A stretch of DNA of 64,000 bases from Botryllus schlosseri. Lineage: Eukaryota. Positions within the stretch are counted from its first letter, which is position 1. Every line of letters begins with the position of its first letter. This document shows positions 49,401 to 61,400 of this stretch, one piece after another. Location: NCBI GenBank assembly GCA_051294905.1, contig CM119371.1, forward strand, positions 39,310,001 through 39,374,000. Direction: 5' to 3'. The notes under the pieces are model-generated. The model did no database searches, was not told the origin of the DNA, and worked only from the letters and a program-made list of their open reading frames with translations. A program made the position numbers and the translations under genes.

Positions 49401-52400
49401 TTCGCCGAAAAAGTTGCCCACCCCTGATATAGATAAAATTGGACATTACTTGCAAATTACAACTCAGTTGCAGAGGGGAAGAAAATCACAAGATGCGTTT
49501 TCGTGATGCACTCAAAATTGATGTAATTTTTGGAATTATACCATGATACTGTGACAGAGAAAATGCTTCGGCTGGATTTGTAAAATTGTAAAAATGATGT
49601 GAATATGACCAAACGATGCTTCCCACTTGACAAAATTAAAAATATTTGTGGTGTAGCTGAGCTGTTTGGGTCGAACAAATGATTGGGAAAGACTGCAAGT
49701 CCCAATCCTTGAATACTTGATTAAGTACATATAGACTAGACATAGACTATGGTCTTTGACTACTTGACTAAATTCCATTTATGACCAATGTCTTTTGTTA
49801 GTAGTAAGAGTGTTAGTGCTTGTAATCAGGATGGTGTGCAATGACAAAATTAGTAAGTTCAATTTCTTTATTAGTTGCTGAGTCATACACAAGAGCTACA
49901 CTTGGATTTTTTATCTACATTTTTATTATACAGGATTGGATATCTGCCATATTTGAATGATTCATACATTTCAGGATATTAGAGAGTCCATGTTACAAAA
50001 ACTTGAATAAGGAAGGATATTTAGCAAATCTTTTTTTCATGTTAATTGCATTGCTTCCAACTTCCAACCAGCATATGCCGAGGTTGCTCAAATTGAAATT
50101 TCGGTCATTTTTGAACAATTTCGTCACAATTTCGTCACCAATTTCGTCACACCGACATGACCAAATTTCGTGTTCCAGGTATGCCTGAAGTGACAGGGAT
50201 GTATTTTCCACTTGTTTTGATCTTAACAAGGGCCTATGGTGCGGTTTGGACAGGGTTGTAATGACTTGAGCCGTGACTCGAGTCATGATTTTCTGATGAC
50301 TCGCCTTCATCCGAGTCATTTTGTCAAAATACAGAAATGACTCAACTCGACTTGGACAAGAGTCATTACGCATGACTCGAGCCAAGTCATATGACTCGAG
50401 ACGCAGACGGCCAAGACCGACATTTCATTGTAATTTCGAAGAATAGTAAAGTAACCATAGTATTGGGATTTTGTCTGATTGGTACTGGTACTTGAAAATG
50501 TGACCAGAAACTGCTAAAAGTGAGGAAAATCGGTATATTATAAATGAGTAATTTCCTCTCAACATGCAAACGCCCGTCTCCACACCATTTCAGATCAAAT
50601 TGAAAATTTTCACATCGATCAGGCATTAAATTTGGTGCATAACAAACTTTGTTTCAAGAAAATCGGACAATTCGTTACAGAGTTATTGCAATTTGAAAAA
50701 TGACATTTTGTGCTCACTCGGCCGTGACGCTATACCGCTTGGAACCTGTGTCTAATTGTAATTAACATTATAGTGATCAAATTGCTGCCGGGCAGACTTA
50801 AATTTCTGTAGTAAGATATTTTGGTATATGCTTATTGTGATAGACCTAAATTTTTAACTTTACTGATGGGGGTTAGGGGTCAAATGTCAATTCAAAGTCA
50901 CCATGTTTTCAAAATCAGCCATGCGTAACAAATATGCAACTCTGCCTAGCGTAATTCTATTTAAACCGATTTTTTCGAGGAAGGTGTCTAATGGAAGCTT
51001 GGAAAGAGTAGAACGTTGCTGAATTGGTATTGCATGTGATCTTTGAATGCCACTTGTCTAAAACTTCATTGAAAAGATGCGCTCTAAACAGTGCATGACC
51101 TGTTCTGCATAAAGTGTCAAAGTATATTTTTAACCGTTGTTCCTGTCTTATATTCAATTCACAACCAATTCTGATGGATTCTAATTGGTAACAGCTTTCA
51201 TATGACACCTTACTTATGAATTTTGAGTTAGATAGAGTCGTGCCAGAGAGTTCAGAAATATCGTCACGCATCACCGATTTTAACATACTGGTATGTCAAT
51301 TTTCAAATCAAGATTTGAAATATTATTTGAATGTTGACTCGAATTACTGATAGTCGGTAAATCCAGAAGCACCTTTTCAAGCATAATGCACATGCAATAA
51401 ATAAAAGTACTCTCTGAGCATGACAATAATTATCTACTGAAACACATTATCATATAAGGAGTAGAATAATGTCAAAATCAGATAATCACTGAATTAATAT
51501 AATTAAATTAATTAAAAAATGACCTATTTTGCATTATGCACCATATAATATTTTTAACCATGTTGCTGTCAAATATCAATAATAAAACCAAGTTTCGTGC
51601 ATTCTAGTTGGAAACAGCTTTCAAATGACACCTTGCTTGTGAATTTTGGTTTAAATAGAATTGCACCAGATGAGTTGAAAAATATCGTTATGCCTCACCG
51701 ATTTTAACATATGCCAATTTTGAAATCGCGTTTTGAACCTTGACCCAATACTGTGGAGCGGGGAAATTCGTGGTAAGTGAAGAACATGTACCAACAATTA
51801 TTGCCAAATAACATTCAAACCTTTACTATACGTAACCTCTGAGCTATATCAGTTACAATCATACACACGTTTTGTGTTGCCAAATTTCATGGTTGAGTAA
51901 TCACAAAATCATCATTTTTCAAACTGCAATAACTCGAGAGCCGTTCAACGAAATTTTCCGAAATAAATTTCGTTGTACTCAGAACTAGATACTTTGGTTG
52001 TATATAAATTTAGAGAAAAATCTGAGAGGGTGTGGAGACGGATTTAAAAAATATTTGCATGTTGACAGGGAATTACTCAAATGCGAACCATTCGATATCA
52101 TCAAACAGAGTTATAAAAAGTGGGTTCGGCAAGTTTTCAACAGGAAACTGAGCAGTCAAAACAATGACTTGGACTCAACTCGAGTTATACTACCGTGACT
52201 CGGACTCGATCCTCTTTTTGCTGACTTGGACTCGGACTTGACTCGGTGATGAATTGGAAATGACTCGAATTGACTAGAGTGAAAACTGTAAAAGTGAGAT
52301 TGACCTGTTACTCAGTGCCTTGTGACTTGGTTACAACCCTGGGTTTGGATGAAGACATCGCCAGTAAAAGAAAAAAGATGTGACACGGATTACCTAAAAA

Positions 52401-55400
52401 TTGGTCCACTTCGTTGAAATTGACATGTTGAAACGATGGTGAGATAATTTTCAAATAGAGTATTTTACGCACTGAAATTACCGACCACAAAAAGGAAATG
52501 AACCGACAAGCAGGTAAAATACCGGTAAATATATTTCTCAAGTGATAGTCAAGACGTATTTTTTGTCGGACCAATTTAGATTTCACGAAATCGATCCCAG
52601 TTATGCAAGACATACCGATGTCTCTCTGCCTTGATTCAAAGTTTTTACTCTTTGCAAAGTCGCCATTCCCAAAATCTCATACACAGAAACGTCAGTTGCA
52701 TTCCTCAGCAGCTCCGGTGTTAGAATATTTCTCTGCTACTTGACATTGGCTTATACAAGGCGTTAAAAATAGTGCTGATTGCAATTCAGAATGGGCTATG
52801 CCACTGATTCGTATTTATGAGTTGATAAAAAATTCTGATACTTCACATAAGCGTTGATACTAGAGCTTTTTATGTGTTCGAAACTTTGCGAGATTCAAGG
52901 AAACCAAAGGGTAACCCAATGAGCTTACAAAACACATTTGTCATTTTCTGGTCTTTCAATATCACCTGGGCCCCCTTGTCATGGAATAATAAAAAGCATT
53001 GGTGTTTTACCACGATACATGGATACAATTAGATGGTAGCAACCAAATATGGAGGATGACATGACGAGAGGATGATAACTTTTGATAGGGAGAAAATCTG
53101 TCACGATGCCCATTAGTCTTCTAATTCACCTGTGATATAGTACTACAGAAGTGTTGCAGAGCAAATAATAAAATATCATAGAATATCAAATTGTATCGTG
53201 AAGAAATCTACATTGGACCGGCAAAGAATATAGATATTGTCTATCACTTGAGAAATATATTTGCCCGTGTTTTACATGTTTATTGTCAGTTCATGTCCTT
53301 TTCGTGGTCGTCAATTTCAATGTGTAAAGTACTCTATTTGAAAATTTTCTCACCATCGTTTCAACGTGTCTATTTCAATGAAGTGGACCAATTTCCAGGT
53401 AATCCGTGCGATATCTTTTTTTCGTTTACTGGCGCTGTCTTCATCCAAACCCCACCATAGGCCCTTGTCAAGATCAAGACGAGTGGAAAATACATTCCCG
53501 CCACTTAAGGCATACCTGGAACACGATTTTTGGTCATGCCGGTGTGACGAAATTGGTCACCGTAAACACTATTATTTCAAAAATGACCGAAATTTCAATT
53601 TGAGTAACCTCGGCTTCTACTGGTTGGAATTGAGTCAAATTTTGTTGTGCAACGTTTTTTTGGTAACCTGATGATTTGACAACTAAGCCGATGAAATTTG
53701 AAAAAAAAAAGGTTGAACTCCCCTATTGGAGACGCAAGATGAGGAGGCATTGACAACACAATTTTTAATTGAAAAATCCGTCTTAATGAACTGTGCACCG
53801 TATATTTAGTAAAAATATCAAATTAAATATTTTATATGTTTTTCCCAATAAAAATAGTAAAACTTAAGATTCCGAAATACCATATCAACTCTACTTGAAT
53901 TGCAACAGAAAGTCATTCCGTGCAGATCTGAAAAGAAATAGCGCATATGCACACGAAACACCCCGAATTATGCTCGATTCAGGCACGCACAAGAAATCGT
54001 TCTATTCCTGATATCTGTTATATAGTCAGACAATGATGACTTGATTACCTCCTTCCGGATAAAGTATGGATGAAAGTAGATGAAGAAAATATAAAAGAAT
54101 CGGTTACCACGATTCAATGTTCAAGTTTGAACCAAACTTGAAACTATAAATTTATGAGAAGAAAAATATCAGTAACTGACCTTTTCCAATTTGCAATCTG
54201 ATAACTGCCGCAAATCATCCTGCTTGGCCAACAGATGTCGTTGTTCGTCAAATTTGATAAATTCTGCATCGAAAAGTATCCCGAGAAATCCAATGACGGC
54301 TGCACTATCGACCCGGTCGAAAAACAGAACAGATTTCTGTGAAAATGTTGTCAGTTACATCACATCCTACGTACGAGTCATTCTCAGAGATACGATCAAT
54401 CATGAGAGAATATTGTCACTTCATATAGCCGCTGCGGGTAAGGCGATTGCAACTCATTATCAGAACATAGCTTGAAAACGAGTCGTCTGAAATTGCGCAC
54501 ATGAACCACGCAACCGCTACATGAATTATATTGACTGAGACGTTAATAGAAATATCAGATCCATCCATATCTATTTTGCGCAAAGTGTCACCAAATTCTT
54601 GACTCTCTTTAAAAACAATCACTGAATTTCTCCGTCATGGTCTTTCTCTCTCTCTTATTGGAAGTTCATAATACTTCTACTATACGAAAAGTTAAGTTAG
54701 TGGATCACGAAATATGACAAGTACAAGTAGAAGTAGAGCCACAGAAAATTTGATTTACTTGAGTGAGTACTACAAGTGCTGCCTACGCCATAATAACGCT
54801 CATAATTACGTCATAAGCTACAGCCTGGCTACACTACACCGTGAATCCATTGCTGTATGTGACTATTATGTTGCTTTACAGCAGGGGTGGGCAAACTACA
54901 GCCCGCGGGCCGCATGCGGCACGCTACGCCGTTCTGTGCGGCCCGCGAGAGTCTAAAGAAACATTTCAAAAATTTTGATAAAATGCGTACTAAAAATCGA
55001 ACTGATGCAGGGACTTGACTAACCTTTTCCTAGTATATTTCACCATGATAATTCTAAGACAGTGGTTTTCAAACCCCCCTGGAAGGCGTGAAAGCATCTG
55101 AAGGAGGGCGCGAAGCTGAGCACAACTGGGAAAAATTTTTGCTCTCCGTGCGATTTACATCCTATTCCTAGGTATTGATATGTATTTAGTATGAATTACA
55201 TAGTAGAAGCGTGTTTGAAACTAACATGGTTATGATTAGGGCCATTTAAAGTCATTAAAGTCATATTTTTTTCTATGCATCAGTAAGTCGTGAAATCAAT
55301 TTTAACGCAAAAATCGCATCCATATGGGGTATATTAAGAAAGTTATAAAGTCATATAAAGTCATATTTTCCTGGTTAGGTCATATTTGAGTTATAAAGTC

Positions 55401-58400
55401 ATATTGTTGGATACTTTCAATAAAAAGTGCCAATAGAAGCAATTACGCACTAAGAAAGTAAGGCAATTTCTGATTGAACGAAGGCAAACTGTAAGGTTAG
55501 CCTACATGACATTACAGTCGCTGACCGATGAGGTCACACATTGTATTATGAGGTCACACATTGCATTGTGTTGCCACACAATCTGTTTTACTTCTGTGCA
55601 CTGAAGTGGGACGTCATTTGAAGTTCAGAGACTTCCACAAGCGAAAGAAATAGTCAACTCGTGGGAAGCTGAAGGAGTTATTGTAAAGAGCGTCAAAGAT
55701 TCATTGAATGATCCAAAGTTGACAAGTCAGTTAACAGAAATATGCCTCCACTACAACAAAATTTCAAACTTGATACTGAAAATGAGGCTCATGTTGATCT
55801 AAATGCCCTCGATTTCGGAAAAGATCCACTTGAGCTCAAAAATTACATTAAGAAGCGATTAGACAAAAACGATGTGAAACGAATTATGGAGCTACAAAGA
55901 CAAGACATTTCACCAGCGCCGTATGCAAAACTGCAGAAGTGTCAACCAACATCAGCGTCTGTGGAACGCTCATTTTCCTTACTAAAGTCATTTTACGTCC
56001 AAATCGTAACTTTAAAGACTCCAACATTCCACACTACATGAAACTGTACAACAAAAGTGGTTTAAAATAAAAATGGATGTGTCATAATGTTATGTTGTTC
56101 ATGTTTTACTCGTCAGTTCCATGAGTGACGTTGGTTATATGTAAAAATACACGATTTTCGCATAAAGTGATATAAAGTCATATTTTACCAGAAATAAAGT
56201 CATATAATTGATTTTTTAAGGTCATATAAAAATGGCCCTAGTTATGATGCTGTCAGCATTGTATGTCCTGGAACTGAGCCGAAAGTTGAATTACTAGGAA
56301 TCGGGCCAACCGACTTTCATCTCTATAGTTTTGACAAATTGGTGATTGAGGTCCGCCAGCCTATCAAATCTCGCCACTATATCTCTCTGACGCGTGTACG
56401 ATATCATCAATGCAATTTTTGGATTGTTTTAAATAAGCACATATATTGTCTCCATGTCCTCACTATATTGCGTTTTGGTCTATAATCCAAATTTTATCTA
56501 ATGCGGCCTGCGATTGAATTCAGATGTTGAATGCGGCCCGCGAGCTCAAAAGCTTGCCCACCCCTGCTTTAGCAGCTTTGTAATGAAGTCGGTGAAATAA
56601 ACAGACATCTGATCATCAGCATGAGCCCCGTTAATATAAAATACTAAATTTTATTTTGTCTATGGCTCTGGAACCCCCAAAATTGCAGTTTTGCATTGTG
56701 ACGGAGTTTGGCATTGTGACATTGCTGCTTGGTTCCCTGTTCCTGATCTGCAGTATCGTTTTGTCAGACAACATTGTTGCGTCACAATGCCAAACAACAA
56801 CACAATGTAAAATATGAAGCAGATTTTGGGGGGTTCCAGTGCCATGGGCAAAATAGAATTTATATTTCCGTAATCGGTACAGCAGTTGCTTTCTATTGGT
56901 ACCCGTTTAATCAAATTTTCCACTCGGCAAGTCGGTCAAAATTGACCTTAGATTGCCTTTGGCCAAAGGGAATGTATGACGTATCCCCAATGCAGTGAGC
57001 CGTTCAATCTCACTGTGTCCACACCATATATAGGTCACTATGGTGAATTGAACAAAGGTCCGATCATTAGTAATGAAATCATCATTCCAACCTTAATGGT
57101 AAAGTGACCGCTAACATCGTCAGTTATCTCGATGACATCTTCTCCGTTCTTCAAATCAAAACCCGATCCTTCTGAAGACAGCTTGACAACCTGAAAATTG
57201 TTAAGAAACTCGATTATTCCATCATCCACCGACACGGATTACATTGTTAGGTTGCCTAAAAAAAACCTGCGCACTAAATTTGGCTCAATTCCTACCAGTA
57301 GAGGGCGAGGCAGAGCCAGTTGAAAATAGTTATTTTTAATAACATTTACTGTAATCCTCATGAAATTGTTGAGTTGTCTACGAAAACGATGCGAAACAAA
57401 TTTGACGTAACTCCAACCCATTGAAGCCAAGTTATTTGAGTTTTTCATTAATAATTTTCGGTTTTCCCACCGACAATGCTATTTTTGCAAATTTAAAACT
57501 TTCAACTGCAATAACTTCGCTTCTGCCGGTTGGAATGGAGCAAAAATTGTCATGCTTCGTTCTTTTAGGCAACTGAACAATTTTATGCAGGTGGCAGTAA
57601 AAGTTGAAAAATTTATTTTTCAATTTTGGTATAATAAATTCAGATTTCAATTGGCTCTGCGTCGGCTTATACTGGTTGTAGTCGAGCCAAATTTGGTGCG
57701 CAGCGATTATTTAACGAACCTAACAATTTAATCAGTGAATCTCAGAAATCTGAAAAACAAGTTATTTTTGAACAATCCTAATGTATAAATGTTTATTGTA
57801 TAATATTGTATGCATGAGCAGACCTGATATGGCATGATAGTGACTTCTACTATACTTTTACACTGTTATTATCGGCAAACAATTTGCGGATGCGATGTCA
57901 GAGCTCACTCTAGAATTGCCGTGCTCCCAGTAATGTTGCTTGTTACTAAAGGTAGTCGGTGACCAAGTACTTCTACTTTTTGAAGTACACAAGTCGTTTT
58001 CGACTACTTCCAGTACTTACTCTAATATTTTGCTACTTCCACTACTACTTCATATTAGTTTGCAACTTACATACTTTTCACTATTTACAGTTTGTGAATT
58101 AAATGATTATATTATTCCAATAGAGAGAGAGAATGAGACTAAAAAAATTTAGTGACGTTTTTTGTCGAGTATGAAAAATAATTCACATATCACAAAAGTT
58201 AAAAAAGTTCGGAATGTTCGTTGTGCTTCGAGCGAAATAGATATGGAGCGACAAGAATGTTTTCATGGAACTGTTGGTCAGTATCATTTAGGTGGGTTCA
58301 TTTCATAACATACTTTCGCCTGTATGACACGTTTCATCACAGTCAATATGGCTCAGAAAAAATATTCGGAACTATCTCATCGTAATCTTGCATTCTAGCC

Positions 58401-61400
58401 GCACCGCGAGTGCTCAAACAGGGAAAAGGTGGTCCTTGACTTTTTAGCGCTAGACCGTTGAGCGTCAACCACCGTTGAAACCGCCTGAAACCTGTTTTAA
58501 ATACTGTAGTTGAATTTCTCTTCATGCACGGTATCATTACAGTTGGTTTTTAATTAATCTTAGTTCTTTTGCCCGAGACACATACGCATAGAAGTGTAAT
58601 ATTACGAAGTAAATTGAAACGTGAATGGCATTATACAATCTACCCTATTGTTGTTTCATGTAACAATCATCGCACAAATCAGTAATACGGTTTCTGATAC
58701 AACTCCGTATCGCATTTCGCCTCAACTACGGGTTTTATAATACTGCAGAGTGCATAATTCCATGACATTATCTGAAATCGAGCTCTGGGGTAAACAAAAG
58801 TTGAGAGCCGCTTCTCTGCAGCAAAACGATCATTTGCATCCCACGATGCGGTCTAATTCTTATGTTAGGAAACTTTGCACTGAGAAGCAAGAATCCATCT
58901 CTCTGTGCCATTCTAAGGGCCCAGTTTCGGCTTTATTTATGACTTCTTCTCACAACTACTTACTCCTTTGCTTACATGAGTACATTTTAGCTTTGCTACT
59001 CCTAATTCTACTTGAGGTAGTTTTAGGATGCTTAAAAAACGGATACGTTTACTCATACTGAAGTAAATTTTAGCTTCGCTACTTCTACTCCTACTTGACT
59101 AGATTACTTGACTGCATTGGTCACCTCTGCTTGTTACTCGCACAGTGCATTTCGCAGTGGCATGTGGCATTGGAACACGCAACTGCGACATGATTTGTAA
59201 AAAATATTGATGCCCAGATTCTGAATTCATTCGAGTTGCCAATAAAGTTGAACGCCGAATAACTGACAGGTTTCGAGAACGCCAATATCGAACTTCAATC
59301 AATTGTGTATTTAGTAGAAAGCTAATTTCTCTGTTTAGGTCTCAACATGCGCTAAGCCTCGAATTGGTGAGTCATCAAATCCATGATAAATGTACGTCTT
59401 GTGGATGAATGCAGATGGCATGCAGCGGAATGCCGTCTCTAGCGACTATGACGCCACAGATCATGAGTGATTATGACGTCACAAGTCGCCGCACACCCAC
59501 ATAAAATTACGCCTACACTTGTTTGTGCGCAACTAAATCTTAGAATCGAACTCACATTCCAATCCAAATTTCCAGATAGCGACTCAATCTGACGATGTCC
59601 AAGAAATGAACATAGTGCTGTTGCCGAGAATTTGTTGGCTCTCAAATCCACTTCTATCACCTGAAACGATGGAAATATTATATAAAGTGTTGATCAAAAC
59701 TATGTGTGAAAGTCAGTTTGAAATCTAATCATGAGCGTCGAAATACAAAGTAACTGAGCCGTAATCAATTCGCCGACTGTTCGACTTAATTTTTCCTGCG
59801 CATTCGATGTCGCTTCTGCATTTGACGTGGGCATACGATTCAAATCTCTTCATCATTGTAACGATATAACATAGTAGTTGTACTAGCCATAGTCGTTAAA
59901 CCAGGGTATGGTGAGTATGCCGCAGTCATCCTGTATTGTTATTAGGCCTAAACGGCATACTTGCAATAGGAGTATTCAAAAATGACTAATTTTCAAATTC
60001 TACTGGCTACTTGATAAAATTGTTAGGTTGCCTAGTTGAAGGCTGCACACCAAATTTGATTCAATTCCAAGCAGTAGCCGTATTGGTACAAGAGAACAAA
60101 GTTTTGAATTTATTGTTTAAAAAATGAATAAAAATTTTCTCAAGATTTTCTGGTCACCCCATGATAGTGTTAGGTTGTCTATAAATGGTGCTCAGCAAAT
60201 TTGGCTCAATTTCAACCAGTCGAAGCGGAGTTATTGCAGTCGAAAAATTTGGATTTGAATGCAATAGTATTTACGGTGGCCAGTTTGAGAATTAGCCACC
60301 TTAAATATTATTTTATTCAAATCCAAATTATTCGACTGCAATAACTCCGCTTCCACTGTCGAGCCGTGTTACTTGCTAGTGCATTACTCACACGGTGCGT
60401 TGTGCGACAATTACGTTGTCAAATATTGAAGCAACAACAAATTTTCAGCAGCACAAATTCTCACAGTATTCGATACATTTGAATGGGAACCTAGTGTATT
60501 CCAAATAATAAATGGCAACAATTTTCCTAATGGTGTCGAAATGAATTATGGCAAGTACGGGGAAGCGGCGTATTGAAATTTGTAGCGGTATTTGTTATAT
60601 TGATCAAGGCTTTTGTACAGTTACAGTGTAGTACGACCGAGCCCCGGCTGGTATCATGATAATACAATATACATTTATATATATGGTAATCAAAGGTGGT
60701 CAATATAGAAGGAGACTCGTGTTGAAATAGAAATGGTGATGCAGAATTATATACCGGTATAATCAAATACGAGTTGAAGCAGTGCTGTTCGAAGCAGCTC
60801 AAAACTATTTCAAGTGGAAATCGAATTGCTGTCTTCGAAAACTACACGAGTAAGTAAGTAGTTTTGAAAAGCAATAATAAATACGCACTCATAGATCGCT
60901 AACACCTGGAAACTGAGAGCTGGTTCTGTGTTGCTACATCCCCAGGGAATTATTACGGCATAAGGATTCTCTTGCATCATGCGAAACAAATGATAGCTTT
61001 GCCATTGAAAAGTGGTTATGTACTTGTTTTGACCCCGGTGCCCCCTTCCAGAATATATGACTCTATTGCGCTTTTTCTCGTAGTACAAGGCCCATAGTTA
61101 ATGAGGCGATAAACGATACGGATAAGTTGGTTCTGATACTACATTCACGCTTTGATCGACTAGGAAGGAACCTGGAAATATGGAAGATCGTATAATTCCA
61201 AACATTTTTGATGAGTGCCATTTACTGTGATGAAACTGATATATGGGCGATGATGTGGTCTTAAAGTTTGCACATACCACATAGGACAGCTACATAAATC
61301 ATATTGACGGAGAGAGATTAGGCATATACATTTCGCGGAATCATGGTAAAAATTCCGAGAAAACAGCTCCCCTGAATTTCATCGTCTTGATCTTATTAAT

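Larger units (their letters stand above)
50050..53725. mobile_element. long-inverted-repeat (foldback-like) DNA element of the TAGGGG.GTTC family, interrupted by nested insertions
   Basis: 50050-50250 plus 52350-52595 is the reverse complement of ~53190-53630; right end ...TTGAACTCCCCTA. Related ends at 47499, ~57781 (-) and 59967. Confidence 0.7.

Noticed and set aside
54416..54622. 68-aa ORF as an exon of the LRR gene
   Set aside because: I found no acceptor/donor pair giving a stop-free phase 0-0 exon.
60460..61200. possible plus-strand exon remnants nested in the LRR gene intron
   Set aside because: Coding-like stretches with a GTAAGT donor, but they contain stops and no identifiable family.
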